Under the pieces are notes generated by a model. That model did no database searches. It saw nothing but the letters and a program-made list of their open reading frames with translations, and was not told the DNA's origin. Position numbers and translations under genes: made by a program. Of a stretch of DNA of 64,000 nucleotides, positions 12,121 through 23,800 are shown piece by piece (within the stretch, counting starts at the first letter, position 1; each line of letters starts with the position of its first letter). The DNA is from Neoechinorhynchus agilis (taxonomy: Eukaryota; Animalia; Acanthocephala): NCBI GenBank assembly GCA_051530055.1, contig JBMGUZ010000004.1, positions 73,867-137,866 of the forward strand. The letters run 5' to 3'.

Positions 12121-13635
12121 TTTTTACTGGGATTTTCTTACAAACCAAGGGAGTACTTGAGGCTTTCCACTATAGCCATTAAAATCGGTTGACTCGATTT
12201 CCGAGAGTTTAGAAGAAAGTTGATTTTACAGTTGAAAGCGATTGAAGCTCCTGTATTTTTCATCTATGAAGACCTCTTACGCTGAATTTAACTTTTTGTG
12301 AAGTTGGGGATTTAGGATGTCGTGAAATAGTGAAATCCATATTTGGTTCGTTAGGTATAACCTTATTGTTCCATAGATCAGATGATTTATTTTTTTACGC
12401 CGCTATTTTTGAATGAACGAGTCCGTTGGTAACGGTTTAATCATGATTGTTTAAGCTTGACCGGTGGCAATCTTTCATTGTGATAGGCAAGGAATTGAGT
12501 TTCTGTATGTGAGCCAAGGAGCGAGAGAGCAATCTCTGCTTCGAGGGTAGGTGAACCTTTATTAAATATTAGGTGGCCATTTGCAACCCTCCACTGCAAC
12601 GTTTGGTTGCAATTCCTTTAGCAAGAGCCCCATGCCCGGCAATGCGAAGTGGATTCGCCTGGTATGAGAATAGTTATTTGGTATTAAATTTAGAGGTTGA
12701 GCCTTTTCTAAGCACGTCAACTTGATTAGGTTTTTGATTGTAGATTATATGATAACAAATAATATCGTCTATACTTATCTGAACCCATTTAAAATCAGGC
12801 TTACAGGTACATAAAGCGGATCGTCCACTTCTAGATGGGATAAATCTGTAATCATGAATTTCATACCTTTGACCCCGTACTGAGGAGACTCAGGTTGCTG
12901 AAATCACCTTCTAGCCCATCATGGAAAACTTTTGGATCCATTGATTATGGATATTTTCTTGAGATTATTTTGATCTATATTTAAACTTTTCTATTTTTTC
13001 TTGTTGTACGGATCGAATTCCGAGAAATATTCTTATTACTTAATATTTCGTGGACAAAATTCACATCTTCAGACATCTACAAGATTGGTTTGTCGCGGTC
13101 TTCTTTTTGCAAAAATCAACCCGTTAGAAAAGGGACGAGATTGGCTGGTTTTATCAAAAAGAAACCGCGAAAATACCTACACGCGGAGTATACGAAATAG
13201 GATGTTTCGAATGCGATAAAAAGTATATTGGATAGACGAAGCAAGATCTGAGCAAACGCATCTAACAGCACAAATACGCGTGTAGGCGTTTTTGTAGATC
13301 TTCGGCAATATCTAACCACGAGCAGACGGCTAAAGACCGAGTTGACTTTGATGGTGCTGCTATGATGAGCATCGGTACAAGAAAAGCCGCGCCGGAAATG
13401 GAAAACAAAATATATGTTAAGGAAATGATAGCAATGGAAAATCGAATGAAATCGAATTCTTCGGAATATCGAATTTCGCAGTTTTCTTAAAATAACCACT
13501 GAGCTGACCTGGCATAAAGGTTAACTGATTTATTGAGTGAATAATAATCAATTTTGGTTAATTAGGAGATAGCAAAGTTGAGAATTTTCTCTTCGAATGC
13601 GATAAAAAGTATATTGGATAGACGAAGCAAGATCA

Positions 13636-16600
13636 GAATAACACAACAACTCAACAGCCTTTTGCATCAACAGCTGCTATAACCACTACAACAACAATAA
13701 TATACAATGTCGATCCAGATGGGGCCCTTAAGTGTTCTATGTGCAAAATTGCGGCCATTGGAAAGACGAAATTTCGCTTATTTAACGAACATCTGGCAAA
13801 AGTTCACGGAATTACTGGTCTTGTATGGCGGTGCCCGATATGTACAAAGTATGAACACTGTGAACATCGTAGCATGTCCGTTCATCTGAGAAAGTGCCAA
13901 TCGAATTATCCTGACAAGTACCGATTTCTACTCGATGATATATGCAAATCAAGTGTTCACATTAATGTTTTTGCTAGTCAATCGTCCGTGTTGTACATAC
14001 CCGGCGATGACAAACCAATTGAATGTTTGCTTTGCGACTACTCTGTGATTGGAACTGGGAAGTTCAATTCGATGGAGCATCACTTAACCTCGACTCACAG
14101 AGTGACGGACTGCCGATTTCGATGCGGATTGTGTCTCGCAAATTTTGGAACTCTACCTCAAGTACGTAGTCATTACAATCATTGCCGAACGAATATTGGG
14201 AATAGCAGCTCTAATGGTCCTATGGAGTCAAAAGAAAAGCTCGATGGCACTAGTACTGATATTCATCACTCAATGATTGACAAAGCGGATTACAGTAGCA
14301 AGTCAAATTGTGCATCCGATTTTCCCAGCGAGCCAAAAGCAAATTATAACGAAGCGAGCGATATCGATATCGAATCTGTTTATTCTAGTCAAACACAAGA
14401 TGAGAATTTATGTCTCAATAATCCGAATCGTGAAAGTCGGAACAGCGTTCTGCAAAATGAATACAGAACCGATGCAAGTGCTACAGCTACATTCGTTAAT
14501 GGGCATATTGAATTACCTACCTCGTCGTTCCGGCCTACAAACGATCACACCGAACGAAATGAATTGCCTACCTCATCGTTCCGGTCTACGTACGACCATG
14601 TTGAACAGATGGTATTGTGTACCCCTTCGCAACGTCGTGCGGACGACCATGTTGTAAATATCGAATTGTCTACCTCATCACACCAGCCTGCGTATGATTA
14701 CGTTGAGCAAACGGATAGGTCTACCTCATATAACCGGCCTATATATGATCATGCTGATCGAGTGCAATTACCTACCTCGCCTAATCACCTAAAGTTTTTG
14801 ATAGAATCTGGAGATCGTGATCCGAATGTCGCTCAAAATACCTCCGCCCCACACTCGACGATCTTCACAGTTGCTGAAGCTTATGAGTTCATTTTGACGT
14901 GTCTAAAGTCTTCGAATTTGCATCCTCGATATATATTTTTCCTCAAATCCATCGCCTCTCTACTTCGTGAGCGTCGACTTGAATTTGATCAGGCTTTTCT
15001 GGACAAAGTCTACGGTGTTTATTCGGACTACCTTCGATGCGGGGTCAAAAATAATCGCCCGTCTTTCACATCAGCAGCGAAAGCGATCGGGCTAAAGATT
15101 ATCAAGATAAGAAAGTCAAGCCGAATGAGCCTGAATGCAGTTGCATTTCACGTCCACTGTAACCCCGCACAAGGACACATCGTACAAAGGAAAATTCTGG
15201 AAAACCTTCTCGAGGAGAAAAGCTACTATGAATCAATTATGAAATATGTAACTGACACGTCCCTTTCATTGAATGAATTGATAGATAATATGCAAAAAGG
15301 TAGCATTATATCGGACTTACTTGTGCTGTGGGCTGCTGCTAACACATATAAGTGTGACTTCGATGTCCATGGATCCGATGGTCAGCACATACGGATTCGT
15401 GCTCGTCATACAGCTACGAACTGCTATTCAATGTGGCTCGAAGATTCGAATCTACTCCCTTGTGTTCGTAGCCGCGCCTTAAACCGAACACAACACCGTG
15501 CAATCAATCGAAGGCGTAATCGAGCGCTATACTTTGCGAACACTAAACAGCTCGCAAGTGAAGTATTTCGAGACGCCTCAATGAAAGATTGTAAATTGTC
15601 GGCAGGCGACATTGATTGTCACTTTCGAAAACTATTTGAAGAACCGGAGTCAGCCGATATGAATTTTGAGACAGGTGATCCGACGGGAAGCTCATGGTCG
15701 CTCGTAACGGCTGACGAAATCTGGTCGGCCATGAATGGAATTAATGCTTCAAGTGCGATAGGCGTGGATCGTATAAATGTTCGCCAGGTAAAAGCCTTCG
15801 ATAAGTTAATGGTTGGACCGGTTCTAATTTTTAACATCTCCCTCCAAATCGGATCTCCGCCTTCCGCGTGGGCAGAAAATAAAACGATACTGATCCCAAA
15901 GAATGGTGCTGATGCTCGTAAGCTAAAATCGATTGACGGTTGGAGGCCGATCACAATCTCGTCTGTGCTGATGCGAATCTTCCACCGGACAATCCTGTCG
16001 CGAATGAGAGCGTCTGTCGAGCTCGATGAAAGTCAAACCGCCTTCAAACAAGAAGCTTGTCACACTAATCTCCTTACGTTGAAGACCATTATTAAGGCAT
16101 CTCGGTCCAAAAAGGAAAAACTTTCCATTGCAATATTGGACATTAAGAACGCGTTTGACACAATCTCGCATGAAACACTTCGACTTGCTCTTGAAAGGAA
16201 GAATGTCGACAAGGTAATCAGCCGATACATAATGAAAATGTTCATGTCCAGCTTCACGAGAATCCACACACCTATGAGTCAGCCATCACAACCAATTCGT
16301 TTCGACCGGGGCGTGAAACAAGGAGATCCATTGTCGCCACTCCTATTTTCTATCTGCCTTGACGATGTACTAAAGGGCCTCAGAGAAACAGGGCTTGGTT
16401 ATCGACTCGGAACGTCTTACATCCCTCAAATTGTTTATGCCGACGACATCGTCCTGCTAGCTCGTACAGAGGAAGAGTTAAAGGAAATGATGCAAATTTT
16501 CTTCGACAAAATAAAATCAAAAGGGATGAACTTGTCGCCTAGCAAGTGTCGGTCCTACTCGCAGGCATACAAGAAAGGGAAGTTGTTTATAGGAACTGCA

Positions 16601-17643
16601 CCATTCCTGAACATCGAAGAGAGCCCGGTGGTTCCTGTTCTCGAAGGCGATCCAGTCAAGTATTTGGGGGGCACACCATGGTCAAATACCAGAAGGCAAG
16701 ACGTCATACACCGGATTGACGAACTGTTCGGCCGTACAAAAGTTGCCCAGTTGAGCCCAACGCAAGCCGCACATCTTTTGAATGATTACGGGATTCCAAA
16801 GCTGATAGCGGAGCTGCAGAGCGCAGTAGATCTTTCCATCACGGATCTGGAACACATTGAACAGCACTACAGGACATGCCTTAAAAGACTTCTATTTCTC
16901 CCGAATTATCTCAATAACGGCATTGTTTACCTACCCCTGGGTCGCGGCGGACTTGGATTCCGATCAATTAAATTTGAGGTAATGTCGTGTCGGGTGAGAG
17001 CCCTTATACAGTTAGAAAGTCGGTATCCTGAGCTAGCCGTCAATGCAACAATCAAACAAACAACTGCAGACTATCTTACGTCAATAAGCGCAGGCGATGA
17101 TTCTAATATAAGGAAGTGTTTCAATGCCCACCTAGAGTCGCAATGGAGGCAGGCTACCACGCAGTCGAACGGGATTAGAAGTTTCACACGTGGTCTGCTA
17201 GATCGTCGTCTAGTGTCCTTCCGCTATCGTCAGGGACCTCACACGCAATACAAAGAACAGGTCAAAATGCGATGTCAACTATTAGAAGTGAGATCTGTAA
17301 TGACCAGGGTAGACAACCGCTCAAACGATATGTGTCGACACTGCAACACTAGGAAGGAAACACCTGCCCACGTTTTAAATGGATGCGACAGAATGGGGAG
17401 AGCGATGACGACCAGGCACGATGCGGTGCAGCGTCGGTTCGTATGGGCGCTTAAGAAAAGGAGACCTGGTGCGGTAATCCTGGAAAAAAATAACATTTAC
17501 GACCCAGGTGGACGACTACACAAGCCCGATCTAATCGTAGTGGATACAAGCGAAAAGAAGGCAACAATAATTGATTTCGCTGTCTACTACGAGACAGATA
17601 ACGATAATAGGGCAGGTGAAGTAATGCTCGGGAAAGAAAAGAA
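13636..17643 (+). mobile_element. R2-like non-LTR retrotransposon 'D' (near full length, both termini lost)
   Basis: Four zinc fingers (13733-14185), RT (WRPITISS, GVKQGDPLSPLLF, YADD at 16436), CRHC..H..C knuckle, REL motifs RHD, KPD, DFA. Homology stops at KEK before the conserved KY. Confidence 0.93.
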
Positions 17644-17662
17644 GACCTGTACTGGTTTATAG
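13739..17662 (+). CDS. R2-like polyprotein (4 ZF, OTU-like domain, RT, REL endonuclease), 1307 aa; frame is open upstream to 13622, C-terminus truncated
   Basis: Uninterrupted ORF. The first ZF (CSMC) starts two codons before the annotated ATG. Confidence 0.9.
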   Translation: MCKIAAIGKTKFRLFNEHLAKVHGITGLVWRCPICTKYEHCEHRSMSVHLRKCQSNYPDKYRFLLDDICKSSVHINVFASQSSVLYIPGDDKPIECLLCDYSVIGTGKFNSMEHHLTSTHRVTDCRFRCGLCLANFGTLPQVRSHYNHCRTNIGNSSSNGPMESKEKLDGTSTDIHHSMIDKADYSSKSNCASDFPSEPKANYNEASDIDIESVYSSQTQDENLCLNNPNRESRNSVLQNEYRTDASATATFVNGHIELPTSSFRPTNDHTERNELPTSSFRSTYDHVEQMVLCTPSQRRADDHVVNIELSTSSHQPAYDYVEQTDRSTSYNRPIYDHADRVQLPTSPNHLKFLIESGDRDPNVAQNTSAPHSTIFTVAEAYEFILTCLKSSNLHPRYIFFLKSIASLLRERRLEFDQAFLDKVYGVYSDYLRCGVKNNRPSFTSAAKAIGLKIIKIRKSSRMSLNAVAFHVHCNPAQGHIVQRKILENLLEEKSYYESIMKYVTDTSLSLNELIDNMQKGSIISDLLVLWAAANTYKCDFDVHGSDGQHIRIRARHTATNCYSMWLEDSNLLPCVRSRALNRTQHRAINRRRNRALYFANTKQLASEVFRDASMKDCKLSAGDIDCHFRKLFEEPESADMNFETGDPTGSSWSLVTADEIWSAMNGINASSAIGVDRINVRQVKAFDKLMVGPVLIFNISLQIGSPPSAWAENKTILIPKNGADARKLKSIDGWRPITISSVLMRIFHRTILSRMRASVELDESQTAFKQEACHTNLLTLKTIIKASRSKKEKLSIAILDIKNAFDTISHETLRLALERKNVDKVISRYIMKMFMSSFTRIHTPMSQPSQPIRFDRGVKQGDPLSPLLFSICLDDVLKGLRETGLGYRLGTSYIPQIVYADDIVLLARTEEELKEMMQIFFDKIKSKGMNLSPSKCRSYSQAYKKGKLFIGTAPFLNIEESPVVPVLEGDPVKYLGGTPWSNTRRQDVIHRIDELFGRTKVAQLSPTQAAHLLNDYGIPKLIAELQSAVDLSITDLEHIEQHYRTCLKRLLFLPNYLNNGIVYLPLGRGGLGFRSIKFEVMSCRVRALIQLESRYPELAVNATIKQTTADYLTSISAGDDSNIRKCFNAHLESQWRQATTQSNGIRSFTRGLLDRRLVSFRYRQGPHTQYKEQVKMRCQLLEVRSVMTRVDNRSNDMCRHCNTRKETPAHVLNGCDRMGRAMTTRHDAVQRRFVWALKKRRPGAVILEKNNIYDPGGRLHKPDLIVVDTSEKKATIIDFAVYYETDNDNRAGEVMLGKEKKTCTGL

Positions 17663-17759
17663 GGATAGATGTTAACAGCCCTATAAATAAAGTTATTAAT
17701 AAGAGGGGAACTTACTTAAGACTAACCTGAGAAAATTGAAGGGATAAAAGGTTTCAAGG

Positions 17760-17850
17760 TCAACGTTCTCTCTCTCGTCAACGTTCCCTCTCTCGACAAC
17801 GTTCTCTCTCGTCAATCGTCAAAGATCAACGTTCTCTCTCTCGTCCGTCA
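17760..17850. repeat. Short minisatellite (caacgttctctctctcgt, ~4 copies) inside a ~240-bp filler between elements D and C
   Basis: Visible repeats at 17761-17845. Confidence 0.75.
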
Positions 17851-17884
17851 TAAACACTTGCAATCAATGCCGTAGCTAAAGCGC

Positions 17885-18226
17885 CCGATACGGAAATGTC
17901 ATGAGCTGCCTGAAGTTTTGCTATAATTTGGGGCAGTCCGTAGTCGTTAATTAGATGCACTGCTTGTGTTGGTCTTAGGCCTGCTTCCTTAGTTTTTAAG
18001 AATAAATGAGTAATATCATTCTTGATGGAGTCAATTGTTGTAGGCATCCAAGGAGTGCCTCCGAGATACTGCACTGGATCGCCGTTTAATATTGTGTTTA
18101 GCTTCATTCCATCGATTTCGAATTGAGGGTCGTGTGCAATTATTTTGTTGCCGTTAAAGTACGATTGGGAGTAAGTCCTACATTTGTGTGGCGAAAAATG
18201 TAAATCCTTTTCCTTTAAAAGAGATG
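17885..18226 (-). mobile_element. R2-like internal fragment 'C' (RT end and thumb)
   Basis: SPHKCRTY..GDPVQYLGGTPW..LRPTQAVHLINDYGLP..LQAAHDIS is homologous to D, A and B. Confidence 0.85.
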
Positions 18227-18260
18227 AGCCCAACAGGGTCTTCTTTCCCCGCTGTTACTC

Positions 18261-18294
<34 letters not shown>

Positions 18295-18352
18295 GCTGCA
18301 GACAGGGACAGTAGGAATCTCAATAATCCATTATGCACGTCACTATCGGCTA
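18227..18352 (-). rRNA. 28S: 28S fragment immediately downstream of the R2 site, with a small internal deletion
   Basis: Minus strand: tagcc|gatagtgacgtgcataatggatt...cagccaagggaacgggcttgg...gcggggaaagaagaccctgttg. The aaatgcctcgtcatcta segment is missing. Confidence 0.9.
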
Positions 18353-20839
18353 GGGACTCATTTATTATGTAAATATGTGTATACAAGGTTTACTATTAAA
18401 TAGGTGTTTGTCAGATGGATTGATTGAATTAGATTTCTTTGATTGCAGAAATGTTCTGATTGAATAAACTTGAATATTATTGGTTGTGTTGAATAGTTTG
18501 GCCGTTAATATGTGATTGGTATCTGCTTCTTGGCTTAGCTACATTATTCTCTCGAGTTGCAACGATCCCAGGGCAGCCACTTTCTACCCATGAACGAGCG
18601 ATACACCGTGAGGCTTTTTGAGGCTGATGTTTGGGCCACATTCTTCGCTGTGTTTTTCCCAAGACAAAACGAGCCTAGCCTGTCAATTAGCCTTCGGCTG
18701 TAGGTTCCGCGTGCACCGACCGCGATTCCGACAGTTGCTACTCTGTGATTCCGGATTTGAAATTGTGCAGCAACCTCCGGGATTATTGTCTGGTACTTTT
18801 CTTCTTTGGCCTTCATTACCTGCTCTGCGCGATCGCTTGAGGTTTCGTAGTAAGTCGCAAAGTCGATAATTTTTGCCTCTGCTTTTCTTTCATCGTAGAT
18901 CACCAGGTCCGGCTTCATTAGTTTGTTGTCGTTACTGTGATATCGGTTTGTATCGAAAATTTTAATGCGCTCGCCGTGCTTCTTTCTTAGGGCCCATACG
19001 AAACGCCTTTGAATCGCGTCGTGTCTTTTAATCATTGGCCCGTTATTCTGTCGCACTCGCAGATAGCGTGCAAGAGCGTTTCCCGAGGACAGCTGCAATG
19101 TCGGCAGGCCGTGGTTCTTTTATTGTCCATTCGGTTTAGTACGGTTGCCACCTCGAGTAATTGAAAGCGAAGTTTGACGTTCTCGACGTACGACTGATGG
19201 CGGTCTTGCCGATATCGAAAACTTATTAGTTCCTGATCGAAATTTCCGTCGTGAAAACATGTACTCCCCGTTGATTGGGTAATTGCCGCGCTCCATTGAT
19301 TGAGCCATTTGGAAATGAAGGCGTCTTTAAACGGGGGGAAGTTCTCTCCTTCTAGATTCATGATCTTATATGATTCCGCGAGCTTCTTATAGTCGTTAGA
19401 TTCGCTTACCAGCCTTTTCAACGCGTTGGAACGATTCGCCATCTCTCGCAGGGCTATTCGTCTCGAATCGATAACCGAGAGCAAGATGGATTTAAACCCG
19501 AGTCCGCCTCTAGAGAGTGGTAGGAAGATTACTCCGTCGTTCAAGTAGTGAGGTAGGAAAAGCAGCCTCTTCAAACGGGCTCTCCAGTACTGCTCCAAAT
19601 ATGTTAAACTCGTCAGTGAAATATCTTGCGCTGCTTGAAGTCTGAAAAGCACGCTTGGGAGGCCGTAGTCGTTTATTAAGTGTGCCGACTGGGTAGGGCT
19701 GAGGCCGATTTGTCTTGTAGCTCTAAAGAGATCGTCGATGGCTTTATTCATAGATGGAAGGTCGGTATCCTTAAATGGCGTTCCGCCCAAGTACTTGATT
19801 GGATCGCCGTCGAGTATGGTATTAATCGTATCCGTTCCAACCTTGACGCTAGGACGATACTCAATCACCATTTTCCATTCCTGAAGTTTTGGATGTAGGA
19901 TGCGCACTTCTGCGCACTCAACGACAGTCCCATTGAGCCCAAGAGGTCGACTGTAAGGCCTATCGTATGGTTCAGTTGCTCCGCATTGTCTGCCATGATT
20001 AGCATGTCGTCGGCGTATATTAGATGCGATATCCTGCCTGTGCCAAGGTCTATGCCTATGTTGTCCTGTCCGAGCTTGCCAACTAGCGTGTCGACGCAGG
20101 CGGCGAATAAGAACGGTGACAGTGGATCGCCTTGTTTTACCCCTCTAGAGATCCTAATCGGACCGATTGGTTTGCTAGCAGGATGGTGAATAGAGGTCTG
20201 TCCGGTGTTTAGCATATTTCTAACATATCGCTTGATGTAATGCGGGCAACCAAGATTCGTCAGACCGTTGACAACCGCACCGTGGCACACCGTATCAAAC
20301 GCGGACTTTATATCTAGAACTGCGAGAGCTAGTGGACGTTTGTTAGACCTTGTGTAGCGGATAATGTTTCTTAACGTCATTAAATTGGTTAAGCATGCAG
20401 CTGAGTCGAACGCTGTCTGACCCCGAGAAACTTGTCGAGTTTCCCAGCCTTGACAAAACGATCCTGTGAAGCACTCTCAGTAAGATCGAAGACATTGTGA
20501 TCGGACGCCAACCTCCGATAGTTCCTATGGATTCGTCGTTCGCACTGTTCTTAGGTAGGAGGACTGTTTTGCACATGTTCCACGAGCGAGGGCAATCTCC
20601 GCATTGCAGTATCGCATTGAACAGGACGCACGCGAAAGTCAGCTTATTATCGAACCGACTTATTTCTCTGAGTGAGATTCGGTTGGGACCGGGCGAAGAC
20701 GACGACTTCACTCCCCTCGTTGCAAGACGTACTTCCTCGATTGAAACTGGCGGAAAGGGGATTGCCGGTTCTAAAACCCGCGGGTACGACGAGTCGGGTT
20801 CGTGACCTCCGAAGAGTTGTTTGAAGTGGTCAGCGACGA
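18353..20839 (-). mobile_element. R2-like element 'B' (5'-truncated, frameshifted; RT to 3' UTR) inserted at the canonical R2 site
   Basis: ORFs 20343-20711, 19865-20380, 19032-19907 and 18544-19098 give RT (GVKQGDPLSP, YADD) and REL (RHD, KPD). 3' end aataaatgagtccc|tagcc. Confidence 0.92.
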
Positions 20840-23800
20840 GCGAGGGTTTTGGCTACTACCTCTTTGATGCACTTATAGTATGCTTCTTTTTGTGCAGCGA
20901 TTTCTTCGGCTCTGGTTTTTGTTGTTTCATAATAAACGGCGAAATCAATTATGTAAGCACGTTTCTCCGAGTTTTCGATTAGTATCAAATCGGGCTTATA
21001 AAGCCGTCCTCCGGGGTCGTGCACTCGGTTATCTGTGTGACATTCATAGCGTGAGCCCCACCGTTTTTTAACGCCCATATAAAGCGTTTCTGCACCGCGT
21101 CGTGGCGCTCAATCATAGCCTGTGTGATTCTAATGCATTCGTTGAATGCATGTAGTTGGCTCTCGATTTGTGCTGTGCAATGTCTGCATTTTTTGTCCTG
21201 TTTCTGTCCATTCGCTGCAGGTTTGCGCCCACCTCAAGCATATTGTATCTTGTCTTTACCAGTTCGACGTATTGGTGATGATTGTCCTGCCGGTAGCGGA
21301 ATGATAATGTCTAGTGGTCGAAATGGCCGTTGGTAAAGGCATCGATTCCTTGCGACTGTGTTGAAGTCTGTCGCCACTTATTCTCCTGATTTCGTATGAA
21401 ATATTGGTGCATTGTTTTTGATGATTTATTGTAAGATGCACCGCCAATAGTTAAGAGATAGTTGTCGATCTGTGTTTTTTGCTTCGTTTCCTTAATGAGT
21501 TCCGGGTAGCGACGCTCCACTGCATTAAGACAATTCAAACGGGCTGTCAGTATTGAGTACTTGATGGAAGTGAAACCAAGCCCTCCTCTGCTCAATGGTA
21601 AAAACATGATCCCGTCATTTGTTGAATGCGGCAGGAACAGCAGTTTTTTTAGTCGAGTCCTCCAGACATGCTCTAATTGCTCAAGGGCCGTGATGGAAAG
21701 ATCGTGGGCAGCTTGAAGCGACGAGATTAAGGCAAATATTCCGTAATCATTTAAGAGATGAGCCGATTGTGTTGGGCTAAACCCTGTTTTTTTTCGTACA
21801 ATTGAAAAGCCAATTAACTTCTTCGATCGCAGATGATACTTCGGTATTTTTCCAAGGCCTGTTGCCCAAGTACTTAACGTTGTCTCCGTCTAGGATTGTG
21901 TCAAGTTCAACGTTGCCTATTTTAACAGCAGGTACCACGTCGATCACCAACTTGTTATTCACAAAACGGTGCGAGTAAGAACGGCATTTGCTTGGTGAGG
22001 GTTGCAGTCCCTTTTTGGCGAGGCCTTCATGAATTATATCTAGCATTGTTTGCAGCTCTGAGGGATTATCCGCCATCAGTAGAATGTCGTCAGCATATAC
22101 TAGCTGGTTTATCCGCCCAAATTTGGTTGAGCATCCGGTCCCTAACTTATCTACTTGGCGTAGTACATCATCGATACAAAGTGCAAACACTAGAGGTGAA
22201 AGCGGATCCCCTTGTTTGACTCCCTGACGGAATGCGATGGGGTCGGAAGGTTTTGCGCTTGAGAGGTGAACCCTTGTATAAGACGATACGAATATTTCCA
22301 TTAGGTAGCGTCGTAGATGGTCAGGACATCCATGCTGGAATAAAGCTTCGTTTATTGTGCGGTGGCTCACTGTATCGAAAGCGGCGGTAATGTCCAATAT
22401 AGCAAGTGCCATTGTTTTCTTTTCAAGTCGTTTAGCTTTTACACATTCCTTCAATATGAAAGAGTTCGCGAGACATGCCGAACTGTCGGAAGCTGATTGG
22501 CTGGTATGTAGTTCGATTGACTTCTTAAGCCGCTCAGCAATGAGTCGGTGAAAAATTCTTAAAATAACCGACGAGATTGTTATGGGCCTCCAATTCGCTA
22601 TCGATTTTAACTCTTCGTCAGTCTTCCCATCTCTAGCCACGCGCGAGGAGGTTTTCTTGCTTGTAGAATAAAATTGAAAAGCGTGGTTAAGCCGGCCAGG
22701 TGTTTATCAAATGCTCTTATGCTCCTTACTGAAACTTTGTCGACACCTAGTTCGCTGTTGGATTTGATACCTTTCATTGCCGCCTCTATCTCTTCGGCCG
22801 TGACGGCGTGCCAGAGCTCTGGTATGCCTGGTTGGTGTTCCAATCGTGGCGCCGGAATGTACTCATGTGTTCCTTCAAAGACAGAGCGTAGATGCTGCAC
22901 TATCGAGTCGGAGTTGTGTGTCGGTTGGCGTCTTTCGTCGGATTTGAAGATCTGATTTGCCAGACGGCTGGTGTTATTGAAGTACAGGGTTCGATAGCGT
23001 CTTCGCATAAGTTCCAGTGACTGCCTTCTGTTTAATCCGCGTGAGCGCTCGCATGGGTAGCATCCTGACTCGTCAATCCAAACATTATAAGACGTTTTTG
23101 TCACTACTCGGGACCGAATACGTCTGGGATTTTCCGAGTGTTCGGTGTTTACTACGAAGTCACAACGGTAGGCTGAGGCTGCACTCCACAGAATGAATTC
23201 CTTCGAGATTTCCTGGTCCCTTTGAAGCCCAGTAACCATCTCCTCCAAGTTAACGTTCGCGTCTCGTATATTTCCTGCGATTCTCTGAAAATGCTCGGGG
23301 TCCCCGTTTATTTTATCCAATTCCTCCACTGAGCTGGATTCTTGCTCACATGAAATGCAATTGTTGCCATCGTTTGGATTGAAGATCGCCTTATTTTAAT
23401 AATTTTTAGACCCAGTGACTTCGCTTTAGACATAATAGAATTTCCGCCAGACTGGTGCCTTCCAGGGTTAAGATATCGGGTATAACGCTCACATACTGCG
23501 TTCACAAAATCTTGTCCAACATGGGTATCGCAATTACGCATCTCCTCACTTTCACTCTCTAAGAATCGCCTGTACCGACGGTGGAGCTATGGCCTCTTCA
23601 GGCAGTCATTTTAGAATTCCAGCGCTTCAGCTGTTGTAAAAGAGCCTGCGGACAGATCGCTCATATTCTGAGAAAAAACGCAAGAGTCTAAGGATTTACT
23701 TCTTGTTGTATCGTAAAATCCGGTCCCATTACTGCAATTATATGGGTTCGCAACTTGAATGCTGACCTCGCTGGGTTGGTTCCGAGTGTTATAGGAATCT

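Noticed and set aside
12560-13500. Possible host exons (minus strand) and a hAT-like FDGAAMMS motif (~13345, plus strand)
   Set aside because: Could not build a consistent spliced ORF; a single short motif is insufficient.
17629-17650. gggaaagaaaagaagacctgt as a 28S fragment at D's 3' end
   Set aside because: Explained by the element's own G-K-E-K-K codons; the match to 28S does not extend.
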